Below, one piece after another: positions 9,601 through 18,313 of a DNA stretch of 32,000 nt. Within the stretch, counting starts at the first letter, position 1. Every line of letters begins with the position of its first letter. The stretch is taken from the sequence record CM128224.1. One strand, written 5' to 3'. The position numbers and the translations under genes were made by a program. Under the pieces are notes generated by a model. The model was not told the DNA's origin and made no database searches. It saw only the letters and a program-made list of their open reading frames with translations.

Positions 9601-10688
9601 TAGATGCCAGAGGTATTATAAAAAAAGGAACATGGGTTAAAGAAGGGGATTATTTAGTTGGTAAAACGAGTAATGTACAGTTAAAGGGTATTTCTGCACA
9701 ATATGAGAAACTCTATAATGCTATTATACAACGTGAAAAATTACCAGTTAGAAACACTAGTTTTCGTGTACCAAAAGGAGTAGAAGGCCTTATAGTTGAT
9801 GTTGAAATATTACCTCCAAAACAAGATGACATTTTATTTTTAGCGCCAAAAAATTCTATTTTATGTGTAAAATTATCTCTTTTACAGCGACGAAGAATTC
9901 AAGTTGGGGATAAAATTGCTGGTCGTCATGGTAATAAAGGTGTTATTTCAAAAATATTACCTGTTCAAGATATGCCTTATTTACCAGATGGAACTCCTAT
10001 TGATGTTGTTCTAAACCCTTTAGGAATACCATCTCGAATGAATGTAGGACAAATTTTAGAGTGCCTTTTAGGTTTGGCTGGAAAATACCTTAATGAGTCT
10101 TTTACAGTAAATTTATTTGATGAAAAATTTGGAACTGAAGCTTCAAGAAGTTTTGTATATTCAAAACTTTATCAAGCTTCATTAAAATCAAAAAATTCTT
10201 GGTTATTTGAGCCTGAACATCCCGGAAAAATAAAACTCTTTGATGGACGTACAGGTATTATTTTTCAACAGCCAGTAACAGTAGGATATACCTATATGTT
10301 AAAACTAGTTCACATGGTTGATGATAAAATTCATGCACGGGCAACAGGACCTTATTCCGCTTTAACTCAACAACCGGTTCGAGGACGAGCAAGAAATGGG
10401 GGACAACGTTTAGGTGAGATGGAAGTTTGGGCGTTACAAGCGTATGGTGCTGCTTATACTTTGCAAGAACTAATAACTATAAAATCGGATGATATAGATG
10501 GTAGAAATGAAGCTGTTTTGCGAATTTTTTATAATAAACCTATTGAAATGAAGCAACCCGAAAGTATTAAATTATTATTACGGGAAATTCAAGTACTTTG
10601 TATTAGTTTAGAAATTTTCGCACCTTCTTATAATACGAAAAAAACTTGTTTAGTCGATTTAAACGATTTAGATGGTAAACTAGTATAA
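6627..10688 (+). CDS. rpoB: RNA polymerase beta subunit, with low-complexity insertions; start codon uncertain
   Basis: 1353-aa ORF with conserved blocks ITHKRRITLLGPGG, YGRLCPIETPEGQNAGLV, DDANRALMGSNMQRQAVPL, GRHGNKGVISKILPVQDMPYLPDGTPIDVVLNPLGIPSRMNVGQILE and GGQRLGEMEVWALQAYGAAYTLQE. Confidence 0.97.
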   Translation: MNLKTNLKMFNQNDIFLNQELPLRISDTSVNDVLKNHSIIIDETVNLLLDFYIKTKQKKQKINVLSTLPNLINIQQLSFKQFLEIGLISAIESQNPLKIKNTLYSFEVFYLSKYLQFKKPEKNITETINLNKTYGCPIYLPILLKSNSQSKAIFEWIYLGFLPFMTKPGHFLINGIPRVALNQLVRTPGIYKLIENKRTTKGIKAIPYIRIVPDKGSWLNISFDSKNRLWITTKIFRKKISMLVFLQALGIDIHTIFNTIGHSEILLSSIVPPVKSLNSERLTRHDAILIDAGLISHPVTQVEACKYLYSHFMEYRSPANKQRQPITEKKALLFFQQVVWNSENKYLGISGRDQFLKKLGTTGSAFNQIQLTKQDFILITQTIINILYGEETIDDIDNLNNKKIRGCGDFLYQELARGLNEFETLLDKKFKNFSLPRKKKKVKSGVLKKQKKVIKTTSSHTKSSLLLKNKKKLKLNKKNKITLVASFWQSNRTILSKYVTRAWRSFFLGGTLSQYLDETNPLAEITHKRRITLLGPGGVNSKQTTIKIRGIHPTYYGRLCPIETPEGQNAGLVHSLTVFGHKASNGTILTPYYKVYKGQTQNKLNVIFLNPEKESSHVLVPSDVLISKWGRLPKMSLPARKNWDFDYAKLDQITTQSISILQMISLATSLIPFLEHDDANRALMGSNMQRQAVPLLKPEVALVKTSLEPRVVSDINHIIQTRESGFITQVVSNSIQLYKPKTLKYFFIDIGEFTRNLKKVNIKYNTIFIANNLLFPNALNFYYLHFPLNKNLLKFQKRNKNNFLSNFINSNQFTSYSKTIKKNKISLNNLKNNLNTKDFFLSAGNFLLIKEKVNQNKPKPLFLNNKRKKIDYKLFHLNLYKRGNQSTCTLQRPIVAETDWVEKSTVLADGGASDKGKLAIGKNVFIAYLPWEGYNFEDAVLISENLVSQDIFTSLHLDYYQVEVQKTAAGLETITNDIPLNSSKEISQILNLDARGIIKKGTWVKEGDYLVGKTSNVQLKGISAQYEKLYNAIIQREKLPVRNTSFRVPKGVEGLIVDVEILPPKQDDILFLAPKNSILCVKLSLLQRRRIQVGDKIAGRHGNKGVISKILPVQDMPYLPDGTPIDVVLNPLGIPSRMNVGQILECLLGLAGKYLNESFTVNLFDEKFGTEASRSFVYSKLYQASLKSKNSWLFEPEHPGKIKLFDGRTGIIFQQPVTVGYTYMLKLVHMVDDKIHARATGPYSALTQQPVRGRARNGGQRLGEMEVWALQAYGAAYTLQELITIKSDDIDGRNEAVLRIFYNKPIEMKQPESIKLLLREIQVLCISLEIFAPSYNTKKTCLVDLNDLDGKLV

Positions 10689-10822
10689 TAGTTTTTCATC
10701 AATATTTTAGAAAAATTTAAGTTTATAATATTCTTAAAATTTTGTGCTTTATGTTTTAATTTTTATGTATTAAAAACAAAGCAAATATAAATAAAAAATA
10801 TTTGTATGTTCTTTTTAAAGTT

Positions 10823-13279
10823 ATGGTAAAAAAAAAAATTAATGGAATTAAAAAAGTAAAAATTGGATTAACCTCGCCACGAGAAATTCAAGAATGGGGT
10901 GAACGTTCATTACTTGATGGTACTATTGTTGGAGAGGTTAGTAGTTGGGAAACAGTTAATTACAAAACATTAAAACCCGAAATGGGAGGGTTGTTTTGTC
11001 AGAAAATATTTGGCCCTATAAAAGACTACACTTGTGCTTGTGATAAAAAAGTTAAAATTCCACAAGTTAAAATTTGTAATATTTGCGGCGTGGAGCGTAC
11101 TTTATCTAGAGTACGCCGTTATAGATTTGGACATATAAAATTAAAACAATCGGTAGTACATCCTTTATATGCTTCATACAAGCCCTCGCCATTGGGGGCT
11201 TGTATGAATTGGTCAAATAAACGATTGCAAAGTATTATATTTGCTACAGAATTTTGTCATTTATCACCACATTTTTTAAATTTTTCATCTTGGTTTAATA
11301 TATTAACAACCTTAAAAAAAAATCCTCAGAAAAGCGACCATCATTTAAAATTAAATGTAACGTCTGATAATAAATCAAATTTAGCGTCTTCTTCACCGAA
11401 ATTATTTCGTGAATTACGTTCTACTAAATTTAACAATACTCTAAAAAATTCCTTGTTGAAAAGAAGTAATGCGATAAAAAGAAAAAAAATTTACAAATTA
11501 AGAACATTACCGGAAGAGCTTTTTTTATATGGTATAAATTATGATATGACGTGGGATCAAGTAGAGCATTTTCAAGTATTTATTTTTTATAGTTGGATAC
11601 AGCCATCTCCTAATGAATCAATTATTCCATATTATTTTTTTACAAAAAAAATTAAAAACCAAAATTTACCACACCAAATTCGTAAAAAATCTAACAAAAA
11701 TAGTAAACAAGAATTATACCAATTTCAATCATCTCCAATTCAAACAGGTGGTAGTGTTATTGAAAAAATATTAGCGCATTACAATCCAATAAACTTAAAA
11801 AGACAACTTGAGTTTGAATATGAAAAAATAAACAATGTGCTTAATTTAATAAAAATTCAAATGAATTATTATTTAAGTATCAATTATGAAAAAGAACACA
11901 GTGATCTTCGAAAAAAATGGAATCGTTTAAAACAATTCCGAAAAAAATATTTAAGAAGATTAGGTTATTTTCGAAAAATTTATTTATATAATATGCAACC
12001 AGCCTGGATGGTACTTAGTTGCTTACCAGTACTACCACCTGACTTACGCCCAGTTACAAAATTAGGTGGACAAATTTTTATTTCTGATATTAATAGCCTT
12101 TATCGCAAAGTTTTAACACGGAACAAACGAATTCCGCATAAAATGCAATTTACTGTATTTGATCCTGCTTTAAGTAGTAGTTGGAATTTATGGTGTTTTA
12201 ATTTACGTTTACTCCAAGAAGCTGTAGATAGTTTATTACAAACCGGAAATGTTGATTCAAACCAAAATGAATTTTCAAGTTTTTCAAAACAAGGAAAAAA
12301 CACAAAAGCCCTTATAGACTCCCTAAAAGGAAAAAAAGGACGTTTTCGTCAGCATTTATTAGGAAAACGTGTCGATTATTCTGGTCGTTCTGTTATTGTT
12401 GTTGGCCCGGAATTAAAAATTTATGAGTGCGGTTTACCATTAGAAATGGCAATTGAATTATTTCAACCTTATATTATCCAAAATTTAAAAAGCAACAATA
12501 TTACAATTACAACAACTTCAGCTAAAACTTTTATTGACGAACATCGCCCAAAAATTTGGAATATATTAAAAAAAATAATGAAAGGACACCCTATACTTTT
12601 AAATAGAGCTCCTACATTACATCGTTTAGGGATTCAAGCTTTTTTCCCGAAATTAATTAATGGGAAAGCTATTTTATTACATCCACTTGTTTGTCCTGCA
12701 TTTAATGCGGATTTTGATGGAGATCAAATGGCAGTTCATATACCATTGTCGACATTAGCACGTACAGAAGCACTTAATTTGATCTGGGCAAGAAACAATC
12801 TTTTAGCACCATCATCTGGTCAACCTTTGCTTTTACCTGCTCAAGATATGGTATTGGGATGTTACTATTTAACATCTTCGGCTTCACTAACAAATTCAAA
12901 TTTAAATTTAAATAAAAATTCTAAAAACTTATATTTATTGAATAATTTTGAAGTATTTAAAAAACAACTTGCACAAATAACTAAATATCATTTTTATAAT
13001 TTTCAAGATGTTTATCAAGCATTTGAAAAAGGCAGTTTAAGTATGCATACACCTATATGGTTAAATTGGTCTCAACCTTTTCAAAACTTAATATTACAAA
13101 ATGAAGCTCAAGCTTCTGAATTAGTTTTAGAACACCAGATTGATTTTTTTGGAAATACAACTTTAGTTCGAGAGAATAGGTATAAATCAACAACCACTAC
13201 AACTTCAACTTATCTCTATATTCGAACAACACCGGGTCGTCTTTTTTTTTATAAATTAGCTTTAAATCTAAATTTTTAA
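10823..13279 (+). CDS. rpoC1: RNA polymerase beta' subunit (N-terminal half of bacterial beta')
   Basis: The first ATG in the ORF is at 10823 (the ORF-track start at 10802 is TTG). Conserved blocks: Zn-finger cysteines CACDKK..CNICGVE, WMVLSCLPVLPPDLRP, GKRVDYSGRSVIVVGP, LLNRAPTLHRLGIQAF and the catalytic NADFDGDQMAVH. Confidence 0.96.
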   Translation: MVKKKINGIKKVKIGLTSPREIQEWGERSLLDGTIVGEVSSWETVNYKTLKPEMGGLFCQKIFGPIKDYTCACDKKVKIPQVKICNICGVERTLSRVRRYRFGHIKLKQSVVHPLYASYKPSPLGACMNWSNKRLQSIIFATEFCHLSPHFLNFSSWFNILTTLKKNPQKSDHHLKLNVTSDNKSNLASSSPKLFRELRSTKFNNTLKNSLLKRSNAIKRKKIYKLRTLPEELFLYGINYDMTWDQVEHFQVFIFYSWIQPSPNESIIPYYFFTKKIKNQNLPHQIRKKSNKNSKQELYQFQSSPIQTGGSVIEKILAHYNPINLKRQLEFEYEKINNVLNLIKIQMNYYLSINYEKEHSDLRKKWNRLKQFRKKYLRRLGYFRKIYLYNMQPAWMVLSCLPVLPPDLRPVTKLGGQIFISDINSLYRKVLTRNKRIPHKMQFTVFDPALSSSWNLWCFNLRLLQEAVDSLLQTGNVDSNQNEFSSFSKQGKNTKALIDSLKGKKGRFRQHLLGKRVDYSGRSVIVVGPELKIYECGLPLEMAIELFQPYIIQNLKSNNITITTTSAKTFIDEHRPKIWNILKKIMKGHPILLNRAPTLHRLGIQAFFPKLINGKAILLHPLVCPAFNADFDGDQMAVHIPLSTLARTEALNLIWARNNLLAPSSGQPLLLPAQDMVLGCYYLTSSASLTNSNLNLNKNSKNLYLLNNFEVFKKQLAQITKYHFYNFQDVYQAFEKGSLSMHTPIWLNWSQPFQNLILQNEAQASELVLEHQIDFFGNTTLVRENRYKSTTTTTSTYLYIRTTPGRLFFYKLALNLNF

Positions 13280-13286
13280 TGTGTTT

Positions 13287-16200
13287 ATGAATCAAAACAA
13301 TAACAAACAATTTTTTTTTAAAATATTAAGTTTAAAAAAGAGTAAAATTAAAAAAAAATATTTCAAAATGAATAATTCTAAATTTAGTAATTTACAATCT
13401 AAAATTAATAATTCATTTTTTTTTAATGGCCCTTTTGATAAAGGAAAACTTAAAAAACTAATAACATGTTTTTTAGATGAATATGGAGAAAAGAATACTC
13501 TTGAGTTTTTGGAAAAACTAAAACATCTAGGATTTTCTCAAGCAACCCAAGCTGGTATTTCATTAGGATTAGATGATTTAAAAATTCCAAATAGAAAAGG
13601 TGAGTTTTTATTACAAACAAATATTGCACTCCAAACAACAGAATATGAAAACTTAGCTGGAAACATCACTAGTATTGAAAAATCTCAACGAACAATTGAT
13701 ATTTGGAATACCACAAGTGAATTACTAAGAGAAAATGTAATTGAAAATTTTAAGTATAAAAACCCCTTAAATTCCTTATCTATGATGGCTTTTTCAGGGG
13801 CTCGGGGTAATGTTTCGCAAGTTCGACAATTAGTAGGGATGCGCGGATTAATGGCTGATCCACAAGGGGCCATTGTTGAATTTCCAATTCAAAGTAATTT
13901 TCGTGAAGGTATTACACTTACAGAGTATTTAATATCTTGCTACGGTGCTCGAAAAGGATTAGTTGATACAGCCTTACGTACAGCAACTTCAGGTTATCTT
14001 ACACGCAGGCTAGTTGATACGGTGCAACATATTGTAGTTTCTAGCGCAGATTGTGGAACTGGCACAGGACTTTTAATTAATAATCCAGATAACGAAACAC
14101 GGTTAATTGGGCGGGTTTTATTAAAAAAAATTAATAAAAATTTTTTAGATAGAAAAAAGATTAATAACTATTACCCTTTTTTTTTAGATGATAAAAAATT
14201 TGATTTTAATAAAAATGAAACATTTTTTATTAAAAAAAATCAAATTATATCTTCAACAATAGCAAAACAAATTTACGCAAATCAAGATAAAATTTATATA
14301 AGATCACCATTAACTTGTCAATCATATAAATCAATCTGTCAATTATGTTATGGCTGGGATTTAGCCAAAGGTGATTTAGTTAATATTGGGGAAGCTGTTG
14401 GTGTAATTGCAGCTCAATCTATTGGTGAGCCGGGTACACAACTAACGATGAGAACGTTTCATACAGGAGGCGTTGGGGTATTTTCCGATGAATCATTAAA
14501 AACATTCAAAGCGCCCTCGTCGGGAATAATAAATTTTCCAGAAAATATAACTGGTAGCTTTATTAGAACTCCTCATGGAAAAATTGTATATATGATTAAA
14601 TATAATCGTATAGATCCAACACGAATTCTTTTAGAAATTAAAACGAAAAAATCAAATAAATCGTTTTTTACTTTATACGAAAGTCAATTGCCTCCGGGAA
14701 GTATTTTACTTGTTAGACAAGGACAAAATGTTCAAATAAATGATATTATTGCTCAAACTCCCCAGATAAAAACAAGTAATCAAAACTTACCAGAATCGTT
14801 ACACCCAATCCAATCAAAAATAGAGGGTGAGGTGAGGTTTGAATACATGAAAATTTCTGTATCGCAACCTATTTCTAAATTTAACGTATCTTTTACTGAT
14901 AATATACAACAAAATAGTTTTTTATCTCAAACAGAATCTCAATCTAAAGGATTAATTAATAACTACTTACTAAATTCAAGTAAAACACTAATTCCAATTA
15001 AAGGTGTTGTTCCGATGACACATTCTTTATTAGAAGTTGGTAGTTTTTGGGTTTTTCATGCTCATAACCAAAGGGAACCATATTCGACAAATACCTTTTT
15101 ACAAATAGGTGATTTAATATCCTCACAAAGTCCTATTTTTCAAGTAAATTTTCATGTTTTGTTTCAAGCTAAATTAAAACGAATACATGCAAAAATTGTT
15201 ATAGAACGTCCTATTTTAAATATACCAACAAATATAATACGGTTTCACAAAACAGCATATTCTTCTACTTCTTATAATAAAAACAAATCTGTCTTCTTTT
15301 GGAGTAATACTATCTCTCATAAAAACAGAAAATTTAAATTTGTTTGGTATCCTAAAAATTGGTCAATCAAAAGCTCTGGTTTTATTTTTCTCTCAAAAAA
15401 ATATATAAAATTTAATGGACTTCAAAAAAAAGTAAAACCAAATAAAATTTTCAAAAAAAATGTTATTAATTTATTTTACTTTAAGGTTTTACAAGAAAAA
15501 TTAAACAAATCTAAATCATATAATATTTCTTTAAATCATAAATTGTCAGATAACAAATTGAGTTATTTTGGTAATCTTTTTTATCTTTCTTATATTTTTT
15601 TATCCTTAGAAAATGATATTAACTTAAACAAACTTTTTCTAGCAAGTACAAATATAGAATTATTTAAATTTTTTAAAGGTTATAAAACCCCATCTATTTT
15701 TCTTATAAATAATATTTCTGATGTTTTATTTAAACCAGGATTTTATAAAATTTTATCTAAACCTATCAATAAATTACGTTATTCTTCGAAAAACAAAAAA
15801 CCTTTAAAATACAAATTTAATCTTTTTAAATCTAAAAAATTAACAAAAAAATATAACAATTCATTAAAATTTTTAGCTAATTCTAATAATTGTCAAATTA
15901 TAATTGGTCAATTTGTTTTTTTGTTTTTAGATAAATTTCAAATTAAATCTACCCCAAAAAAACCAAAAAATATATTTCATTATGAAAAAAATTGGACATT
16001 TTTTTCACCCTCAAAAACATTAAATACATCTTTTTCTAGTTTTAATAAATCAACAAAAAAATTTATTCTAACAAAAAATGCTTTTTTAACAAATTTCTCA
16101 TTTGTAAACCAACCTGTATCTTTAGAATATCTGTTATTAACGCAGATTAATGTTTTACAAAAAAAAAATTTAAACCATTGTCAATATTCACAGCCTTATT

Positions 16201-16826
16201 GGTATTCTAAAAAAAATTTATTAAATATTAAGTATTCTTGGAAATCGACTTGTCACTTAAGAAAAAAATCTTTTTTTAATAATATAAGCTTTAAGCAAAT
16301 AGATAAAACGTTAATTTTCTATACATTACAAATACCGTCTAAATTAAATAATAAATTAAATTTTAGTTCTATTAAAAAAATAAGTTTAAATAATAATATT
16401 GAAAAAAATTTATTGTGTATTTCTATTCAAAAATTAAATCAAAATAATTTTCCTTGCAATTTAAATTTACAAAAACAATGGGGATCTTTAATTTTTAAAT
16501 CTGATAAATCGAAATTTTTTGTAAATAATACTTCGCCAGTTTTTTCAAAACAAACAACTTATAAAACTTCTTATAAAGAAGTTTCAAATAAACTATTTAT
16601 AATTCAACCTGATTTTAACGTTGGGTGGCATTCTCCAACAAATTTGATGAAAATTAAATTAGAACTTAAAACACAAAAAAACTTTAAAGGATTTTATAGT
16701 GGCTTTGTTTCTGATTTTTATAAAACAAATTCAAAATCAAATTTAAAAAATATTAGTACTAAGGAAAGAAAAAAAGCTTTCAAACGGGAGAGTTTTTATT
16801 TAGGTTCTTATATACACTTACGTTAA
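13287..16826 (+). CDS. rpoC2: RNA polymerase beta'' subunit, N-terminal and middle part; frame ends at a stop before the conserved C-terminus
   Basis: Conserved blocks: LGFSQATQAGISLGLDDL, MMAFSGARGN.SQVRQLVGMRGLMADPQG, GARKGLVDTALRTATSGYLTRRLVD and GEAVGVIAAQSIGEPGTQLTMRTFHTGGV. The ORF then runs through N/K/F-rich low-complexity sequence to the TAA at 16824-16826. ATG candidates at 13287 and 13368 (the ORF-track start at 13281 is GTG). Confidence 0.9.
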   Translation: MNQNNNKQFFFKILSLKKSKIKKKYFKMNNSKFSNLQSKINNSFFFNGPFDKGKLKKLITCFLDEYGEKNTLEFLEKLKHLGFSQATQAGISLGLDDLKIPNRKGEFLLQTNIALQTTEYENLAGNITSIEKSQRTIDIWNTTSELLRENVIENFKYKNPLNSLSMMAFSGARGNVSQVRQLVGMRGLMADPQGAIVEFPIQSNFREGITLTEYLISCYGARKGLVDTALRTATSGYLTRRLVDTVQHIVVSSADCGTGTGLLINNPDNETRLIGRVLLKKINKNFLDRKKINNYYPFFLDDKKFDFNKNETFFIKKNQIISSTIAKQIYANQDKIYIRSPLTCQSYKSICQLCYGWDLAKGDLVNIGEAVGVIAAQSIGEPGTQLTMRTFHTGGVGVFSDESLKTFKAPSSGIINFPENITGSFIRTPHGKIVYMIKYNRIDPTRILLEIKTKKSNKSFFTLYESQLPPGSILLVRQGQNVQINDIIAQTPQIKTSNQNLPESLHPIQSKIEGEVRFEYMKISVSQPISKFNVSFTDNIQQNSFLSQTESQSKGLINNYLLNSSKTLIPIKGVVPMTHSLLEVGSFWVFHAHNQREPYSTNTFLQIGDLISSQSPIFQVNFHVLFQAKLKRIHAKIVIERPILNIPTNIIRFHKTAYSSTSYNKNKSVFFWSNTISHKNRKFKFVWYPKNWSIKSSGFIFLSKKYIKFNGLQKKVKPNKIFKKNVINLFYFKVLQEKLNKSKSYNISLNHKLSDNKLSYFGNLFYLSYIFLSLENDINLNKLFLASTNIELFKFFKGYKTPSIFLINNISDVLFKPGFYKILSKPINKLRYSSKNKKPLKYKFNLFKSKKLTKKYNNSLKFLANSNNCQIIIGQFVFLFLDKFQIKSTPKKPKNIFHYEKNWTFFSPSKTLNTSFSSFNKSTKKFILTKNAFLTNFSFVNQPVSLEYLLLTQINVLQKKNLNHCQYSQPYWYSKKNLLNIKYSWKSTCHLRKKSFFNNISFKQIDKTLIFYTLQIPSKLNNKLNFSSIKKISLNNNIEKNLLCISIQKLNQNNFPCNLNLQKQWGSLIFKSDKSKFFVNNTSPVFSKQTTYKTSYKEVSNKLFIIQPDFNVGWHSPTNLMKIKLELKTQKNFKGFYSGFVSDFYKTNSKSNLKNISTKERKKAFKRESFYLGSYIHLR

Positions 16827-17782
16827 ATCAAACTTATTGGAGTAGTTTAAGTAAAGATGATATTGTTACATTAAATTTACCGAGTAAAGCGACTGAATTA
16901 ACTTTAAGGGTTGGTCAAATTTTACGATGGGGTCAACCAATTTATCACAATTTTGTCTCGCCATTTAATGGTCAAATTATAAAAATAAATCAAGGCCAGT
17001 TATCAATCCGTCGAGGTTTACCCATTTTAGCTTCAAAACGTGGAATTATTCATATATCCGATAATGATTTGATTTTAAAGAACAAACTTCTTGTAACGTT
17101 AAAATCACGCCGATTAGAGACACAAGATATTGTACAAGGTATTCCAAAAATTGAACAACTTTTTGAAGCAAGAGAGACACTCTCAGGGGAAAAATTACCA
17201 AGTATTCATAAAAAATTACAACTTTATTTTTTAGATGCTTTGGATATGTTTTATAAAAACAGCAATCAGGTGTTTTCTGCATTAACTCCACAACAACAGA
17301 AAGTACATTATTTTGAAATTGCTAATAAAATGGCAGTAATTAAAATACAAAACTTTATAGTTGAAAATATAATTGATGCATATTTAAACCAAGGGGTTTC
17401 AGTGTCTGAAAAACATGTTGAAATTGTTGTTCGAGAAATGACAACTCGTGTAAGAATATTGTCAAGTGGAGCTACTGGTTTTTTACCAGGAGAGATTATT
17501 CAATTTAAAACAGTTCAAGAAATAAATAATAAATTATATAATAGCCAACAAAGTCCAGCATTTTATGATCCTATTATTTTAGGTATTACTAAAAGTGTAT
17601 TACATTCGGAAAGTTTTTTATTAGCAGCAAGTTTTCAAGAAGTGAGCCGTATTTTAGTACGAAGCGCGTGTATTAAAAAAACTGATTTTTTATCAGGATT
17701 GCATGAAAATGTAATTGTTGGTCAATTGATTCCTGCTGGGGCAGTTTTATTTTCAAAATTACCAAAAAAATATACAATATAA
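16763..17782 (+). CDS. rpoC2: rpoC2 C-terminal conserved part, in the -1 frame relative to the upstream part; no ATG upstream of the conserved residues
   Basis: This frame is open from 16763 (upstream stop at 16760-62). It encodes ..IRRGLPILASKRGIIHISDNDLILKNKLLVTLKSRRLETQDIVQGIPKIEQLFEAR...ITKSVLHSESFLLAASFQEVSRILVRSA..GLHENVIVGQLIPAG, the canonical beta'' C-terminus. The ORF-track start at 17069 is an internal TTG. Confidence 0.85.
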   Translation, partial: GKKKSFQTGEFLFRFLYTLTLNQTYWSSLSKDDIVTLNLPSKATELTLRVGQILRWGQPIYHNFVSPFNGQIIKINQGQLSIRRGLPILASKRGIIHISDNDLILKNKLLVTLKSRRLETQDIVQGIPKIEQLFEARETLSGEKLPSIHKKLQLYFLDALDMFYKNSNQVFSALTPQQQKVHYFEIANKMAVIKIQNFIVENIIDAYLNQGVSVSEKHVEIVVREMTTRVRILSSGATGFLPGEIIQFKTVQEINNKLYNSQQSPAFYDPIILGITKSVLHSESFLLAASFQEVSRILVRSACIKKTDFLSGLHENVIVGQLIPAGAVLFSKLPKKYTI

Positions 17783-17796
17783 TTTAATATTATTAT

Positions 17797-17830
17797 AAAA
17801 CATCGTTTTTGTTGCAATAAACGATGTTTT
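17797..17830 (+). terminator. 3' stem-loop after rpoC2
   Basis: aaaacatcgttt (17797-17808) and aaacgatgtttt (17819-17830) are exact complements with a 10-nt loop. Confidence 0.65.
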
Positions 17831-17854
17831 GTAATAATATTACAAGTATAAAAT

Positions 17855-17927
17855 AGGCTTTTAGCTCAGTTGGTAGAGCGGCTGCCTTACAAGCAGCGGG
17901 TCATCGGTTCAAATCCGGTAGGGCCTA
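17855..17927 (+). tRNA. trnV: tRNA-Val(UAC), intron-less
   Basis: AGGCTTT TA GCTC AGTTGGTA GAGC G GCTGC CTTACAA GCAGC GGGTC ATCGG TTCAAAT CCGGT AGGGCCT A. Confidence 0.9.
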
Positions 17928-18042
17928 AAATATAAATATAATTTAAAAATTATATTGTTTTGAAACATTTATTATATTGGTATAATAGTAATATAATAGA
18001 AATATCGTTTTATTTTTAATAGATCTACAAATCAAATAAATT

Positions 18043-18153
18043 ATGGCTGCACAATTTTTACCAAGTATATTAGTTCCATTAGTTGGGCTTCTTTTTCCTG
18101 CAATAGCTATGGCATCTGTGTTTTTATATATTGAAAAACAAGAAATTAATTAA
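18043..18153 (+). CDS. psaI: Photosystem I subunit VIII (PsaI), 36 aa; not in ORF track
   Basis: Hand translation gives [36 protein letters not shown]. This matches the conserved PsaI core [20 protein letters not shown]. Confidence 0.9.
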   Translation: MAAQFLPSILVPLVGLLFPAIAMASVFLYIEKQEIN

Positions 18154-18207
18154 TAAAAATTTTACGGGGGAAATATTGTTAATATTTCCCCCGTAAAATT
18201 TTTATTA
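18151..18207 (+). terminator. 27-bp perfect stem-loop overlapping the psaI stop codon
   Basis: taataaaaattttacgggggaaatatt (18151-18177) gtt aatatttcccccgtaaaatttttatta (18181-18207). Confidence 0.75.
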
Positions 18208-18313
18208 ATCTCTACAAAAAACAAAAAAAAATGATTATTATTTATTTAGTATATGGAATAAATACAAATAAAAAAAGCAATAAATAATAAAAAATACAAA
18301 GAGGTTCAATATT

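Noticed and set aside
8003-17291. Short minus-strand ORFs 8003-8203, 12100-12303, 13450-13638, 13685-13873 and 17046-17291
   Set aside because: All are antisense to rpoB, rpoC1 or rpoC2, in AT-rich low-complexity or conserved coding sequence. No homology is recognisable.
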